From Thermoanaerobaculia bacterium (lineage in GTDB: Bacteria > Acidobacteriota > Thermoanaerobaculia > Gp7-AA8), in the NCBI GenBank assembly GCA_036001325.1, contig DASYUK010000480.1, positions 1,033 to 65,032 on the forward strand: a DNA stretch of 64,000 bases. The letters run 5' to 3'. The translations under genes were made by a program, and so were the position numbers. The first letter of the stretch is position 1. Each line of letters begins with the position of its first letter. Shown in pieces: positions 47,177-56,959 of the stretch. Under the pieces are notes generated by a model. The model ran no database searches. It was not told the DNA's origin and saw nothing but the letters and a program-made list of their open reading frames with translations.

Positions 47177-48838
47177 TCAGCCCGTTGAGGCGTGCAGCGT
47201 GTCGCGAGCGTATTGCCCCTGCGACTCGCCGGCGCCGAGCACGACATGAACGGGCATCTTCTGCTGCAGACCCTTGAGCGCGAACTCGCCGAGGGACTGA
47301 GTTTGGAAGCTGCCGACGATGCGCTCCAGTGTGTTCTGGGAGATCACCAGTTGTCCGGGCTTGGCCACACCGCTCTCGAGGCGCGAAGCGATGTTCACCG
47401 CGCTGCCGAGGACCGTGTAGTCGACGCGCTTCTCGGTGCCGACGTTGCCGACGACCGCCGGACCGCTGTTGACGCCGACGCGGATCAGCACCTTCGGCAA
47501 GCCCTGCTTCTCGCGCTCGGCGTTCCACTCGCCGACAAGCTGCTGCATCATCAGACCGGCAAGCACTGCGCGATCCGCGTGGTCATCCTGCGGAATCGGC
47601 GCACCAAAAAAGGCCATCACCGCGTCGCCGATGAATTTGTCGAGCGTTCCGCCGTAAGCGAAGATCGATTCCACGGCGCATGAGAAGAAGTGCGAAAGGA
47701 ACTCGGCGACTTCTTCCGGTTTCTTTGTTTCGGAGACTGTCGTGAACCCCGAGATGTCGGCGAACAGAATGGACACTTCCCGGCTGCGAATCTCCGTCTC
47801 ACTCGTGGCGACGACCCCCTTCACGATCTCGTCGACGACCGCGGGGGAGTGATAGCGCTCCATCTTCGAACGGATCTTCTGTTCGTGTTCGATCTTCTCG
47901 TTGAGTTGCGCACGCTCGATCGCTACCGCTCCGAAGTTTGCGAGGGCGGTCAGCAGATCGAGATCCTCTTCGGTGAAACGACCGACGTGAATGCGCGAGT
48001 CGACCTGCACGGCGCCGATGACGCGATTGCGGTTCCAGAGCGGCACGCACATCGCCGAGCGGATACCGTGAATGGCGATCGATTTACCACCGAGGAGCCG
48101 AGCGTCCTCGAGCGCGTTGGAGGTCATCAGCGCGACCTGCTGCTCGGCGACCATCTTCAGAATCGTGCGCGAGATCGGGATGTCCTGCGCATCCGCGTCG
48201 TCCATGAACTTCGTCAGCTTCGGCACCGGATTGCCGGCCTCATCGAAGAGGATGATCAGTCCGCGCTCGACCGGCAGGTACTTGAAGATCATGTCCATCA
48301 CGGTCTGGAGAAGCGAGTTGAGGTCCTCGCTCTGCAGCATCGCTTTGGCGACCTGCACGAGCACCTGAAAGATCTTCTCGCGCGTGACGCCGGGCGCCGG
48401 TTTCAGACCGGGCTCGGATGGGACGCGCACTTGCGGCTGCGCCGCCTCGGCCATGTCGAGACCGAACTCGGAATTGAAATCGGAGATCCGCCGGATGACG
48501 GTGCCCGATGCGTTCTCGAACATGGAATCGCCGGAGAAGTCGACGGAGGGGAGCAATTTCACGTCGAGCTGTACTGAACCGACGTGAATCACATCACCCG
48601 AGTTGACCTGCGCCTCGGTGATCAGATTGCCGTTGACCTTCACTCCGTTGGTCGATTTGAGGTCGATGATCCACCAGCGGTTATTGCGTGGCTCGAAGCG
48701 AGCGTGCTTTCTCGAAACGGAAGGGTGATTGAGAATCAGGTCGTTCCCCTCGGTTCTGCCGATCGAAAGGGGAGCCTTCAAATCAGTCACCCGCGGTACG
48801 CCGAGGTCGACGTAATGGACCTGGAGTTGTTCGGTCAT
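47177..48838 (-). CDS. FHA + GAF + class III adenylate/guanylate cyclase
   Basis: FHA (SIGRTEGNDLILNHPSVSRKHARF), GAF, and cyclase (VSILFADISGFT...FIGDAVMAFFGAP) motifs; start at MTEQLQ. Confidence 0.85.
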   Translation of the reverse strand: MTEQLQVHYVDLGVPRVTDLKAPLSIGRTEGNDLILNHPSVSRKHARFEPRNNRWWIIDLKSTNGVKVNGNLITEAQVNSGDVIHVGSVQLDVKLLPSVDFSGDSMFENASGTVIRRISDFNSEFGLDMAEAAQPQVRVPSEPGLKPAPGVTREKIFQVLVQVAKAMLQSEDLNSLLQTVMDMIFKYLPVERGLIILFDEAGNPVPKLTKFMDDADAQDIPISRTILKMVAEQQVALMTSNALEDARLLGGKSIAIHGIRSAMCVPLWNRNRVIGAVQVDSRIHVGRFTEEDLDLLTALANFGAVAIERAQLNEKIEHEQKIRSKMERYHSPAVVDEIVKGVVATSETEIRSREVSILFADISGFTTVSETKKPEEVAEFLSHFFSCAVESIFAYGGTLDKFIGDAVMAFFGAPIPQDDHADRAVLAGLMMQQLVGEWNAEREKQGLPKVLIRVGVNSGPAVVGNVGTEKRVDYTVLGSAVNIASRLESGVAKPGQLVISQNTLERIVGSFQTQSLGEFALKGLQQKMPVHVVLGAGESQGQYARDTLHASTG

Positions 48839-48956
48839 TCGAGACGAAGAATTATATCCGGTAGTAGATGTTAAGCCGCTCGTGGGCGGGGATCGCAATG
48901 CACCGAATAACGTATAATCGCCGTTCGTCCAGCAGATTAGGGATCGTTCCGGAAAA

Positions 48957-50021
48957 ATGAGCGAGCAAGCGACGGCCACAGGTGTCGTTCCCTCAGGGCC
49001 ATTCGTGGTCCGGGCGGTTCTGCGCACGGATGTCGGACGCGTTCGCTCCGAGAACCAGGACTTCGGGACGCTCACGACACCGGCCGAAGACAAGGGCGCG
49101 CATCCGGGCGGGCGGTTGATGATCGTCGCCGATGGCATGGGCGGGCATCGCGGTGGAGCCACGGCGTCGCGCCTCGCCGGCGAGACGATCAAGTCGTATT
49201 ACCTCGGCGGTGGAACCGACGATATCGCCGGCGCGCTTCGCGAGGCGTTGACACGCGCAAACTCGCTGATCTTCGCCGAGGCGCAGACGCATGCGGAATT
49301 GCACGGGATGGGAACGACGACTTCAGCGCTGGTCGTGCGTGGGAATGAAGCCTGGTTTGCGCACGTCGGCGACTCGCGCATCTATCTGATCCGCGGCGAT
49401 GAGATCAATCAGTTGACGGATGATCACTCGCTCGTCGCAACGATGGTCCGCGAAGGGTTGCTTACGGTGAAAGAGGCGGAGAATCATCCGCGACGAAACG
49501 TGCTCCAGAGATCGATAGGCGTCGGTGCGGAGGTGGAAATCGACGTGCGCGGGCCTCTCGAGGTGCAGCAGGGCGACACGTTCGTTCTCTGCAGCGACGG
49601 TTTGCACGGCCTCGTCAAACCGGAAGAGATCAAGGAGATCGTTGCGAACCGGCAGATCGAAGCGGCCGCCGACGATCTGGTCGATCACGCTCTCGAACGC
49701 GGCGCGCCCGACAACGTGACCGTGATCGTTGCGCGAATCGAGCGCGAGGATTTCGACGATGAGCCGACGGTCGTCGACCGCGAGCCTGATCGGGTAGCGT
49801 TCGACGATACGGTGCGGGAGGAGCGTCTCAGTGGAGCGCCGGTGTCCTCACCGGCGGTGCGTGACGCCGGTGAGGACACCGGCGCCCCACCGAGCACCGC
49901 CCCTCCCCGTCGCATCCGTGGATCAACGATCATCAAATGGATGTTGCTCTTCGTGGTCGTGCTCGGTGCGGCCGGCGCGTGGTTGTTCTTTGCCCAGCAG
50001 CAGATGTTTCATATCCGTTAG
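48957..50021 (+). CDS. PP2C-family Ser/Thr phosphatase with C-terminal TM segment
   Basis: RSENQDF, MIVADGMGGHRGG, CSDGL, ERGAPDNVTVIV motifs. Confidence 0.9.
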   Translation: MSEQATATGVVPSGPFVVRAVLRTDVGRVRSENQDFGTLTTPAEDKGAHPGGRLMIVADGMGGHRGGATASRLAGETIKSYYLGGGTDDIAGALREALTRANSLIFAEAQTHAELHGMGTTTSALVVRGNEAWFAHVGDSRIYLIRGDEINQLTDDHSLVATMVREGLLTVKEAENHPRRNVLQRSIGVGAEVEIDVRGPLEVQQGDTFVLCSDGLHGLVKPEEIKEIVANRQIEAAADDLVDHALERGAPDNVTVIVARIEREDFDDEPTVVDREPDRVAFDDTVREERLSGAPVSSPAVRDAGEDTGAPPSTAPPRRIRGSTIIKWMLLFVVVLGAAGAWLFFAQQQMFHIR

Positions 50022-50025
50022 TCAC

Positions 50026-51666
50026 ATGTCCCCGTCTCGCCATCTCCGCCTTTTAGCCATCGTTGCAGTGCTTGTGCTCTCGTGCCGAAACGACGCGGTG
50101 CGGCTCGACGAAGTGCAGAAGATGGCCTACAGCGTGAAGCCGGCCGTTGTGCGCGTGAACGCGCTCGGCACCGCCGAGTTCCGGTACACGAGAAAGTCGA
50201 TCGAATCGGTCGAGCGGCAGCTCCGCAGCGATCGACGAAACGTCACCGCACGGAATCTGCCGGATGGCGAGGCGGCAGTCGATACCGGTGCCGGAGGCTC
50301 AGGCAGCGGCTTCATCATCAATCCGGACGGCTACATCCTGACCAACGGCCACGTCGTCGCTCCGACGAGCGACAATGCCGCGCTCGATCGCGATCTGCGC
50401 CGCAATGGAGCCATCGCCGCGCTCGTCCGCCATTTCCCGGTCGAAGAGCTGCGCGCTCTCTATCGCGATGACGCGCTGGATCATTACATCGACATGCTCG
50501 CCGCCGCGGGTCATCTGTCCGATGTGCGCATCGTCAACGAAGTCGAGCTGTCGAACGGCGAGAAGCTGCCGTTCCGCATCGGACGTTACTCCCCTTCGCT
50601 CAGCGAGCGCGGCGCCGATCTCGCGCTGCTGCAGGTCAACCGGCGCAACTTGCCGGTACTTCGTCTCGGCGATTCAGAGACGGTGGGCGTAGGCGCATCG
50701 ATCTGGTCCGTTGGCTATCCGGCGGTCGCGAGCAGCACCGACGATGTGATCGGCGGATGGCTGTCGCGTGACAGCGATCTCGAAGCGACGTTCAACCCCG
50801 GCACGATCACAGCGATCAAGCGCAACGTCGCCAATGCGACGGTGTTTCAATCGAACGTCGCGATTTATCGCGGCAACTCCGGCGGTCCGGCGGTGAACCG
50901 CGAGGGCGAAGTCATCGGCATCTCCACCTGGGGACACACGAGCGCGGAGCAGATCAAGTTCCTCGTGCCGATCAACGCTGCGAAGTCGTTCGTCGCATCG
51001 GCGCGCGTGAAAGCAAACGTCGAAGGAGAATTCGATCGCTACTACCACGCGGCGCTCGACGCCGCCGCAGCGGGAGAGTGGAAATCGGCGAAGGCCAGTC
51101 TGGCCGATGCCTCGCGCCTCTTCCCGAATTCTCCCGACGTGATTCGCTTCAGCCGCGACGCCGACCGCGCGTTGACGCACGACTCGTCGTGGCCGGCGAA
51201 GTCGATCACCGTCGTCGCGGGTGGGGTCGGTTTCGTCGCCCTGATCGGAACGATCGCATTGGCGGCCGGCAGCAGGCGAACGCGCGTTCCCAAAGACGTC
51301 CTGACGGCGACGACGGTCGTCGAGACGCTCGTCGAGCCGTCCGATTCCACCTCGCGGAAACGAAATGTCATCGGGAAATTCACGATCCTGAATGGCGAGC
51401 GAGCGGGCGAGAAACTGGGCCTGGGCGGCTCGGGAATCCGCATCGGACGGGAGTCGGCGATCTGTGAGATCGTATTGGAGAATCCGAAGGTATCGCGTCT
51501 CCACGCCGAGGTTGTCTCGATCGACGGCAAGGTGATGTTGATCGACAGGAATTCCTCGAACGGAACCTACGTCAACGATGAAAAGATCGATCGGCGATAT
51601 CTCCAGGACGGCGACATCATCCATTTCGGCGGCCGCAACGCCATTGCGGTCGCCTTCCATGCGTGA
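50026..51666 (+). CDS. trypsin-like (S1C) serine protease with TM segment and C-terminal FHA domain
   Basis: GSGFIINPDGYILTNGHVV (His), GNSGGPAV (Ser) protease motifs; C-terminal IGRESAICEIVLENPKVSRLHAEV...SSNGTYVN FHA. Confidence 0.8.
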   Translation: MSPSRHLRLLAIVAVLVLSCRNDAVRLDEVQKMAYSVKPAVVRVNALGTAEFRYTRKSIESVERQLRSDRRNVTARNLPDGEAAVDTGAGGSGSGFIINPDGYILTNGHVVAPTSDNAALDRDLRRNGAIAALVRHFPVEELRALYRDDALDHYIDMLAAAGHLSDVRIVNEVELSNGEKLPFRIGRYSPSLSERGADLALLQVNRRNLPVLRLGDSETVGVGASIWSVGYPAVASSTDDVIGGWLSRDSDLEATFNPGTITAIKRNVANATVFQSNVAIYRGNSGGPAVNREGEVIGISTWGHTSAEQIKFLVPINAAKSFVASARVKANVEGEFDRYYHAALDAAAAGEWKSAKASLADASRLFPNSPDVIRFSRDADRALTHDSSWPAKSITVVAGGVGFVALIGTIALAAGSRRTRVPKDVLTATTVVETLVEPSDSTSRKRNVIGKFTILNGERAGEKLGLGGSGIRIGRESAICEIVLENPKVSRLHAEVVSIDGKVMLIDRNSSNGTYVNDEKIDRRYLQDGDIIHFGGRNAIAVAFHA

Positions 51667-52310
51667 GGGACAAAGTGGCCGATAAACGATGTGAGAACGG
51701 GCACTTTATCGACGAGTCGTGGGACCTCTGTCCTTACTGTCCGGCGGAGAGTGGCGAGCAGGACATCGCCGTCGTTCGTCCCGCGCGTGCCGTTCCTCCT
51801 TCAGCGCCGGCAGTGGAGCCCTCTCGACCGGTGACGGCAGTGCCGGGAGTGCCGCGGCGCCAGACTCCGCAGCCGGTGCAGGCTCCGCCGCCGGTCCAGA
51901 CTCCGCCGATGGAGCGAACGGTCGCGGTTCCGAAGGCCGTCGATCCCGCAGCGCAAACGAAGCGCTATGTCGTGGGCTGGCTCGTCGGCCTCAATGGCAC
52001 GAGCCGTGGCGAATCGTTCGCGATTCGCATCGGCCGCAATGTTCTCGGCCGCGACCGCCGCTCCGACATCGTGGTCAGCGACGATCAGGCATCGTCGCAT
52101 CACGCCGATCTCGTCTTCCGTCCCGAGGAGCGGCGTTTCATTCTGATGGATCACAACTCCACGAACGGGACGTATGTCAACGAAGTCGAAATCGAGCCGC
52201 GCCGCGATCTCATCGGCCAGGACGTCATCCGGATCGGCTCGCAGAAGTTTCTCTTCATGCCGCTGATTCAGGACGGCTTCTACTGGGACGATGAAGGTGC
52301 TCTGAAATGA
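51663..52310 (+). CDS. zinc-ribbon + Pro-rich linker + FHA domain protein
   Basis: CENGHFIDESWDLCPYCP ribbon; C-terminal IGRNVLGRDRRSDIVVSDDQASSHHADL...STNGTYVN FHA; ATGA overlaps on both sides. Confidence 0.75.
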   Translation: MRDKVADKRCENGHFIDESWDLCPYCPAESGEQDIAVVRPARAVPPSAPAVEPSRPVTAVPGVPRRQTPQPVQAPPPVQTPPMERTVAVPKAVDPAAQTKRYVVGWLVGLNGTSRGESFAIRIGRNVLGRDRRSDIVVSDDQASSHHADLVFRPEERRFILMDHNSTNGTYVNEVEIEPRRDLIGQDVIRIGSQKFLFMPLIQDGFYWDDEGALK

Positions 52311-53518
52311 TCGGAAACGTCATCGGCAATTACCGCATCGAGCGCGAGATCGGCGAAGGCGGGATGAGTCACGTCTACGTTGGTCGCACGACGGGGGCGA
52401 CAGAGATCCTGCCCGCGAATTACGAGGTCGTGCTCAAAGTGATGTCCGACGATCTGGCCGGCGAGATCACCGCGCGCAAGCGCTTCGTCAAAGAAGCACA
52501 GATCCTCTCGAAGCTGCGCCATCGCTACATCACGCGGTTCTACGAGTTCATCAACAACGAGAGCGGCGCGGTTCTGATCATGGAGTTCGTCGAAGGGATT
52601 CCGGTGGACCTCTTGATCGCGGAGCAGGGGGCGCTGGCGGTTCGCGACGCCGTTTCGATTGCGCAGTGCATGCTGGAGGCGCTCGTCTACGCTCATGGCA
52701 AAGGCATCGTTCATCGCGATATCAAACCGGCCAATCTGATTCGCGAGAGCTCCGGCGCAGTGAAAGTGACCGACTTCGGCATCGCCAAGATCAAAGAGGG
52801 CGCCGGCGCAACCGGACAGACCGTGCTCACGAAATCGGGATTCCTCCTCGGCACGCCGCATTACATGTCGCCGGAACAGATCCGCGAGCCGAAAGACGCC
52901 GGCGTGAAGTGCGACATCTATTCAGCGGGCGTTGTGCTCTACGAGATGCTCACCGGCGCGCTGCCGTTCAACAGCCGCTCGCTGCCCAAGCTGATCGACG
53001 CGATCTATCGCGGTGAGAAACAGCCGCCCAGCACCGTGCGTCCGGAAGTCGACAAGGAGCTCGAGGCGATTGTTCTCAAATCGATGCATCCGCGTCACGA
53101 GCAGCGTTATGAGACGGCTCGCGAGTTTTACGAGGCGCTCGAGGAGTACAACGCCAAGCAGCCGGTAGCGAGCATGCCGACGGCCCGCGTCGTGGCGCAA
53201 GGAGCGCCGGCGCCCGCGCAGCCGCAGTGGATGCTGGTCCCGGTGAAGAACGACTCGACCGAGAAGCATGCGATCAACGGCCAGAGCGTGATGGTCGGGC
53301 GCGATCGCACATGCTCGATCGTTCTGTCGCATCCGGCGGTGTCACGGCGTCACGCTCGTATCACGCTCAGCGGCACGGCGTGGGTCCTCGAGGATCTGCA
53401 GTCGGCGAACGGGACGTACGTGAACAACACGCGCGTCGACAAGGTGAAGTTGAAAGCCGGAGATGTGGTGCGATTCGGTGCGGACCCGGCGTGTACCTAT
53501 GTATTGAGAGATCACTGA
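52307..53518 (+). CDS. Ser/Thr protein kinase with C-terminal FHA domain
   Basis: Hanks motifs (GEGGMSHVY, HRDIKPANL, DFG, SPE) and FHA (VGRDRTCSIVLSHPAVSRRHARI...SANGTYVN). Confidence 0.9.
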   Translation: MIGNVIGNYRIEREIGEGGMSHVYVGRTTGATEILPANYEVVLKVMSDDLAGEITARKRFVKEAQILSKLRHRYITRFYEFINNESGAVLIMEFVEGIPVDLLIAEQGALAVRDAVSIAQCMLEALVYAHGKGIVHRDIKPANLIRESSGAVKVTDFGIAKIKEGAGATGQTVLTKSGFLLGTPHYMSPEQIREPKDAGVKCDIYSAGVVLYEMLTGALPFNSRSLPKLIDAIYRGEKQPPSTVRPEVDKELEAIVLKSMHPRHEQRYETAREFYEALEEYNAKQPVASMPTARVVAQGAPAPAQPQWMLVPVKNDSTEKHAINGQSVMVGRDRTCSIVLSHPAVSRRHARITLSGTAWVLEDLQSANGTYVNNTRVDKVKLKAGDVVRFGADPACTYVLRDH

Positions 53519-53614
53519 CGCCTTCTCCCCGCGGGAGAAGGTGGCGCGAAGCGCCGGATGACGGGCGTGCCCCTCACCCGGCCGTGCGGCCACCCTCTCC
53601 CGGAGGGAGAGGGA
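53519..53614. repeat. three-hairpin dispersed repeat element, copy C (inverted orientation, middle hairpin degenerate)
   Basis: ccttctccccgcgggagaagg...ggatgacgggcgtgcccctcaccc...caccctctcccggagggagaggg. Confidence 0.8.
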
Positions 53615-53627
53615 ACTTGGAGTAACC

Positions 53628-55388
53628 ATGAGCCAGATAACCCAGATCACCTGCTTACGCTGCAAGCAACCCATCGACTCCGCACTCGATCAATGCCCCG
53701 CCTGCGGCGAACGCGTCACGAGCTTCCAGCGGACGTACTCAGCGCGTCTGATCGACGGCAAGTACCAGATCCTCGATCGGCTCGGCGTCGGCGGAATGGG
53801 CGAGATCTTCAAGGTCCGCCACATTCACCTGAACGAGCTGCGCGTCATCAAGATCATGAGGCCGAACGTCGCCGCCGATGATCAGGGCTTGCATCGTTTC
53901 CTTCAGGAAGCGCGCACCTCCACGACGATCAAGCATCGCAATCTCGCGATGCTCTACGACTTCGCACAGCTCGATGACGGCTCGTACTACATGGTGTGGG
54001 AGTTTATCGACGGCGTGAACATTCAGAAGTGGATCGCGACCAACGGCCCGGCGCCACCGCGGCTTGCGGTCGAAATCGCTGTCCAGGCGCTCACCGGTCT
54101 TGATCACCTCCATTCGATGGGGCTGATCCACCGCGACATCTCGCCCGAGAACATCATGTTGTCGCAGGACCATCACGGAAAACTGCTCGTCAAAGTGATC
54201 GACTTCGGCATCGCCAAGTCGCTCGCCGAGGGTGAAGCGGGTCAGGGGCTGACGCAGACCGGGATGTTCCTCGGCAAACTCAAATACGCATCGCCGGAGC
54301 AAGCGGGATATCTCAAAGAAGGCGAACACCTCGATCCGCGCAGCGATCTCTACTCGTTCGGCATCGTGATGTACGAGATGCTCGCGGGACGCGCGCCGTT
54401 CCAGGCGACCAATCCGCACGGTTACATCCTCAAGCATGTGACAGAGAAGCCGGCGCCGATCGCCGAGACGAATCCGCAGGTGCGCGTGCCGCCGCAACTC
54501 GAGTCGATCATCATGAAATCGCTCGAGAAAAGCCGCGACAATCGCTTCCGCACCGCAGGTGATTTCGCAAACGCGCTGGAAGCGGTGCGCGCTTCGATTC
54601 CTCCCGATCAGAAATATGGCCTCGGCGAGCGGATGGTGACGCTTTCCGCAGCGAAGACTCTTGCCGAACTGCCGAAGTACACCGGCACCGTCGGGACGAT
54701 GGGCAGTCAGCCGACGCAACAAACCTTCGCCGGACAGCAGCAGACGCATCGCACCTCGGTGACACCATCGCAGAACGAAGCGACGATGGTGACGAGTCAG
54801 GTTGCGCAGCAGCGGCCGACGCTCGGCAGCAACGACGCCACGATGGTCGAGCGCCTCGGCACGCAGGGAAGTGCGGCGCCCACCGCTGTCGAGTCGAAGT
54901 TCGGCGCGGCCGAGCCGACGCTCATCGGGCGCCTGTATCCGCAGAAGAAGAACAGGGCTGTCATCGGCGCGATCGCAGCGGCATTGATCATCGCCATCGC
55001 GATCGCCGCCTACGTCGTGACGCGACCGACGACGAAGCCGCCGGTCGTGACCGAGACCGGAGCCACGAGCGGAGCAATCGTGACGTCGACGGCGACCCCG
55101 CCCGTGCCGCGCGACCGCGGCGTGCTCCTGCTTTCGGCATCTCCGTGGGGCGACGTCGAGAAGATCGTGAACATGTCCAATCACAAAGCCGTCGATCTCA
55201 CCGAGGAGAAGCGCTCGACGCCGACCGCCATCGAGCTCGATCCCGGAATGTACTCCGTGACCGTGCGCGGACCGAATGCCAGTAAGACCGTCGACGTGAA
55301 CATCGAGGCCGGCAAGCGGACGCGCCAGCGGATCGAAACCGCAAGCGTGAACTACGACGAGCTCGAAAGGGAAGTGAAGCCCCAATGA
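53628..55388 (+). CDS. Ser/Thr protein kinase with N-terminal zinc ribbon, TM segment and C-terminal PEGA-like domain
   Basis: CLRCKQ...CPACG ribbon; HRDISPENIML, DFGIAK kinase motifs; C-terminal VLLLSASPWGDVEKI PEGA-like. Confidence 0.9.
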   Translation: MSQITQITCLRCKQPIDSALDQCPACGERVTSFQRTYSARLIDGKYQILDRLGVGGMGEIFKVRHIHLNELRVIKIMRPNVAADDQGLHRFLQEARTSTTIKHRNLAMLYDFAQLDDGSYYMVWEFIDGVNIQKWIATNGPAPPRLAVEIAVQALTGLDHLHSMGLIHRDISPENIMLSQDHHGKLLVKVIDFGIAKSLAEGEAGQGLTQTGMFLGKLKYASPEQAGYLKEGEHLDPRSDLYSFGIVMYEMLAGRAPFQATNPHGYILKHVTEKPAPIAETNPQVRVPPQLESIIMKSLEKSRDNRFRTAGDFANALEAVRASIPPDQKYGLGERMVTLSAAKTLAELPKYTGTVGTMGSQPTQQTFAGQQQTHRTSVTPSQNEATMVTSQVAQQRPTLGSNDATMVERLGTQGSAAPTAVESKFGAAEPTLIGRLYPQKKNRAVIGAIAAALIIAIAIAAYVVTRPTTKPPVVTETGATSGAIVTSTATPPVPRDRGVLLLSASPWGDVEKIVNMSNHKAVDLTEEKRSTPTAIELDPGMYSVTVRGPNASKTVDVNIEAGKRTRQRIETASVNYDELEREVKPQ

Positions 55389-56431
55389 AACGCGTGCGAC
55401 TGATCACGATTGCGCTATGCGCGGTCTTGACGGCCGGCGTGGCGCTGGCCTCGTGGTACGACGACTACGACGCGGGACTGAAGGCATTGCACGACGGCCA
55501 ATTTCAGGTCGTGGTGCAGAAAATGACCTCTGCGCTGAGCGGCAATTCGAAAGAGAGCAACAACGCTCGTACGTACGGCGCCATCTTCATCAACTACCAC
55601 CCCTACTACTACCGGGGGGTCGCGTACATGAACCTCGGGAAGTACAAGGAAGCAGAGGCTGATCTGGAAAGGACCAGCGGTCCGGGGGCGGTCGACCGCG
55701 GTTCAGTCGATGCCTTGATGCGAGAAGTGAAGGCGAAGCTTGCCGAGGTGAGCACGCAGCCGCCAGTCACGGAGACAGTTCGACCGGTGCCGACGCAGAC
55801 TGTCGCACCGCCGCCGATCACTCCAGCGATGGACAACGCATTGCGCTCACGCGCAGAGAGAGCGGTCGGCGAAGCTCGATCTCATCTGCAGAGCGCGCAG
55901 CAGCGGAGGGCCACCGCTTCGCCTGAGTACGGAAAAGCGCTCGACCAATTCAGCCAGATGAACACGCGCTTCGCGAACGCGAAATCGAACGACGACCTGA
56001 ACACCGTTATCGCGATGACGGACAACGTGATCATGTACGCCGACTCCGCGCAGGCGGCGGCCGTTGCGGTCACGACGACACAGCCTCCGACGACCTCGAC
56101 CGCGCGCGCGACTTCCGCTACGCAGGCCGTGCTGGGCGACACAACGCGTCGTCTCCGCCGTGCCTTTCAGAATTACTTCAACGGTGATTTCGACGAAGCG
56201 ACACGCGACTTTCAGTCTCTCGCGAACGACATGCCCAAGAACGCCTGGATCTGGGCGTTTCTCGGTGCGTCGCAATATTCGCAGTACGCGTTCGAAGCGG
56301 ACGAGACGTACAAGGCCTCGGCGATCAGCGCGTTCCGCAAAGCGAAGGCGTACGGAAAGTGGAAGGACGGTCTTCCCGAGAAATACTTCTCGAAGAAGAT
56401 CCGCAAAGCCTTCAAAGAAAACGCGGGCTAA
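55385..56431 (+). CDS. hypothetical secreted TPR-like protein
   Basis: Signal peptide; helical repeat composition; ATGA overlap with kinase gene. Confidence 0.45.
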   Translation: MKRVRLITIALCAVLTAGVALASWYDDYDAGLKALHDGQFQVVVQKMTSALSGNSKESNNARTYGAIFINYHPYYYRGVAYMNLGKYKEAEADLERTSGPGAVDRGSVDALMREVKAKLAEVSTQPPVTETVRPVPTQTVAPPPITPAMDNALRSRAERAVGEARSHLQSAQQRRATASPEYGKALDQFSQMNTRFANAKSNDDLNTVIAMTDNVIMYADSAQAAAVAVTTTQPPTTSTARATSATQAVLGDTTRRLRRAFQNYFNGDFDEATRDFQSLANDMPKNAWIWAFLGASQYSQYAFEADETYKASAISAFRKAKAYGKWKDGLPEKYFSKKIRKAFKENAG

Positions 56432-56437
56432 AAAATG

Positions 56438-56463
56438 GAGGACAGGCGATCTCGCCTGTCCTC
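56438..56463. terminator. 11-bp stem bidirectional terminator between convergent genes
   Basis: gaggacaggcg atct cgcctgtcctc. Confidence 0.6.
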
Positions 56464-56471
56464 ACGACTCA

Positions 56472-56882
56472 CTATTCGTAATCCGGACCGCCCATTCCGC
56501 CGGTGCTGCCCCCGCCGGGCTCACCTTCGCCCGTGCGGCTGGGCATCATCCCTCCGACCGATGAGCCGAGGTTGCCGGCGCGCTCTTTGACCTGATCCAC
56601 GACGCGGCTGATGACGCTTCGGGATGGCGGTGTCGTCGCCGTTGCGCCGGCTGGCATCGTTGTCGGAGCCGTGCGCTTGGGAGCGGCCTTGCGTGCCGGC
56701 GCCGAACGCTTCGCCGGACGGCGCGCCGCGGCCTTCCGGCTGCGGCTCTTCGTGCTCTTCCTGCTGGAAGCGCGGCTCTTCGAAGAGCGCTTCTTCGATG
56801 ATTTCCGGGAGGAGCTCCGTCCGCGTTTGCTCGAAGATCTCTTCTTCGAAGATCTGGAGGAGCTCTTCTTCCTTGCGGCCAT
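56472..56882 (-). CDS. histone H1-like / Lys-Ser-Arg-rich basic nucleoid-type protein
   Basis: MAARKKSSSRSSKKRSSSKRGRSSSRKSSKKRSSKSRASSRKSTKSRSRKAAARRPAKRSAPARKAAPKR low-complexity basic repeats. Confidence 0.65.
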   Translation of the reverse strand: MAARKKSSSRSSKKRSSSKRGRSSSRKSSKKRSSKSRASSRKSTKSRSRKAAARRPAKRSAPARKAAPKRTAPTTMPAGATATTPPSRSVISRVVDQVKERAGNLGSSVGGMMPSRTGEGEPGGGSTGGMGGPDYE

Positions 56883-56959
56883 GTGTTGTCTCCTTCTCAA
56901 AGTGTCGGTGTCGGGGGCTGGTGGTGCACGCGTTGCACGGGTGAACAATGTAGACGAAC

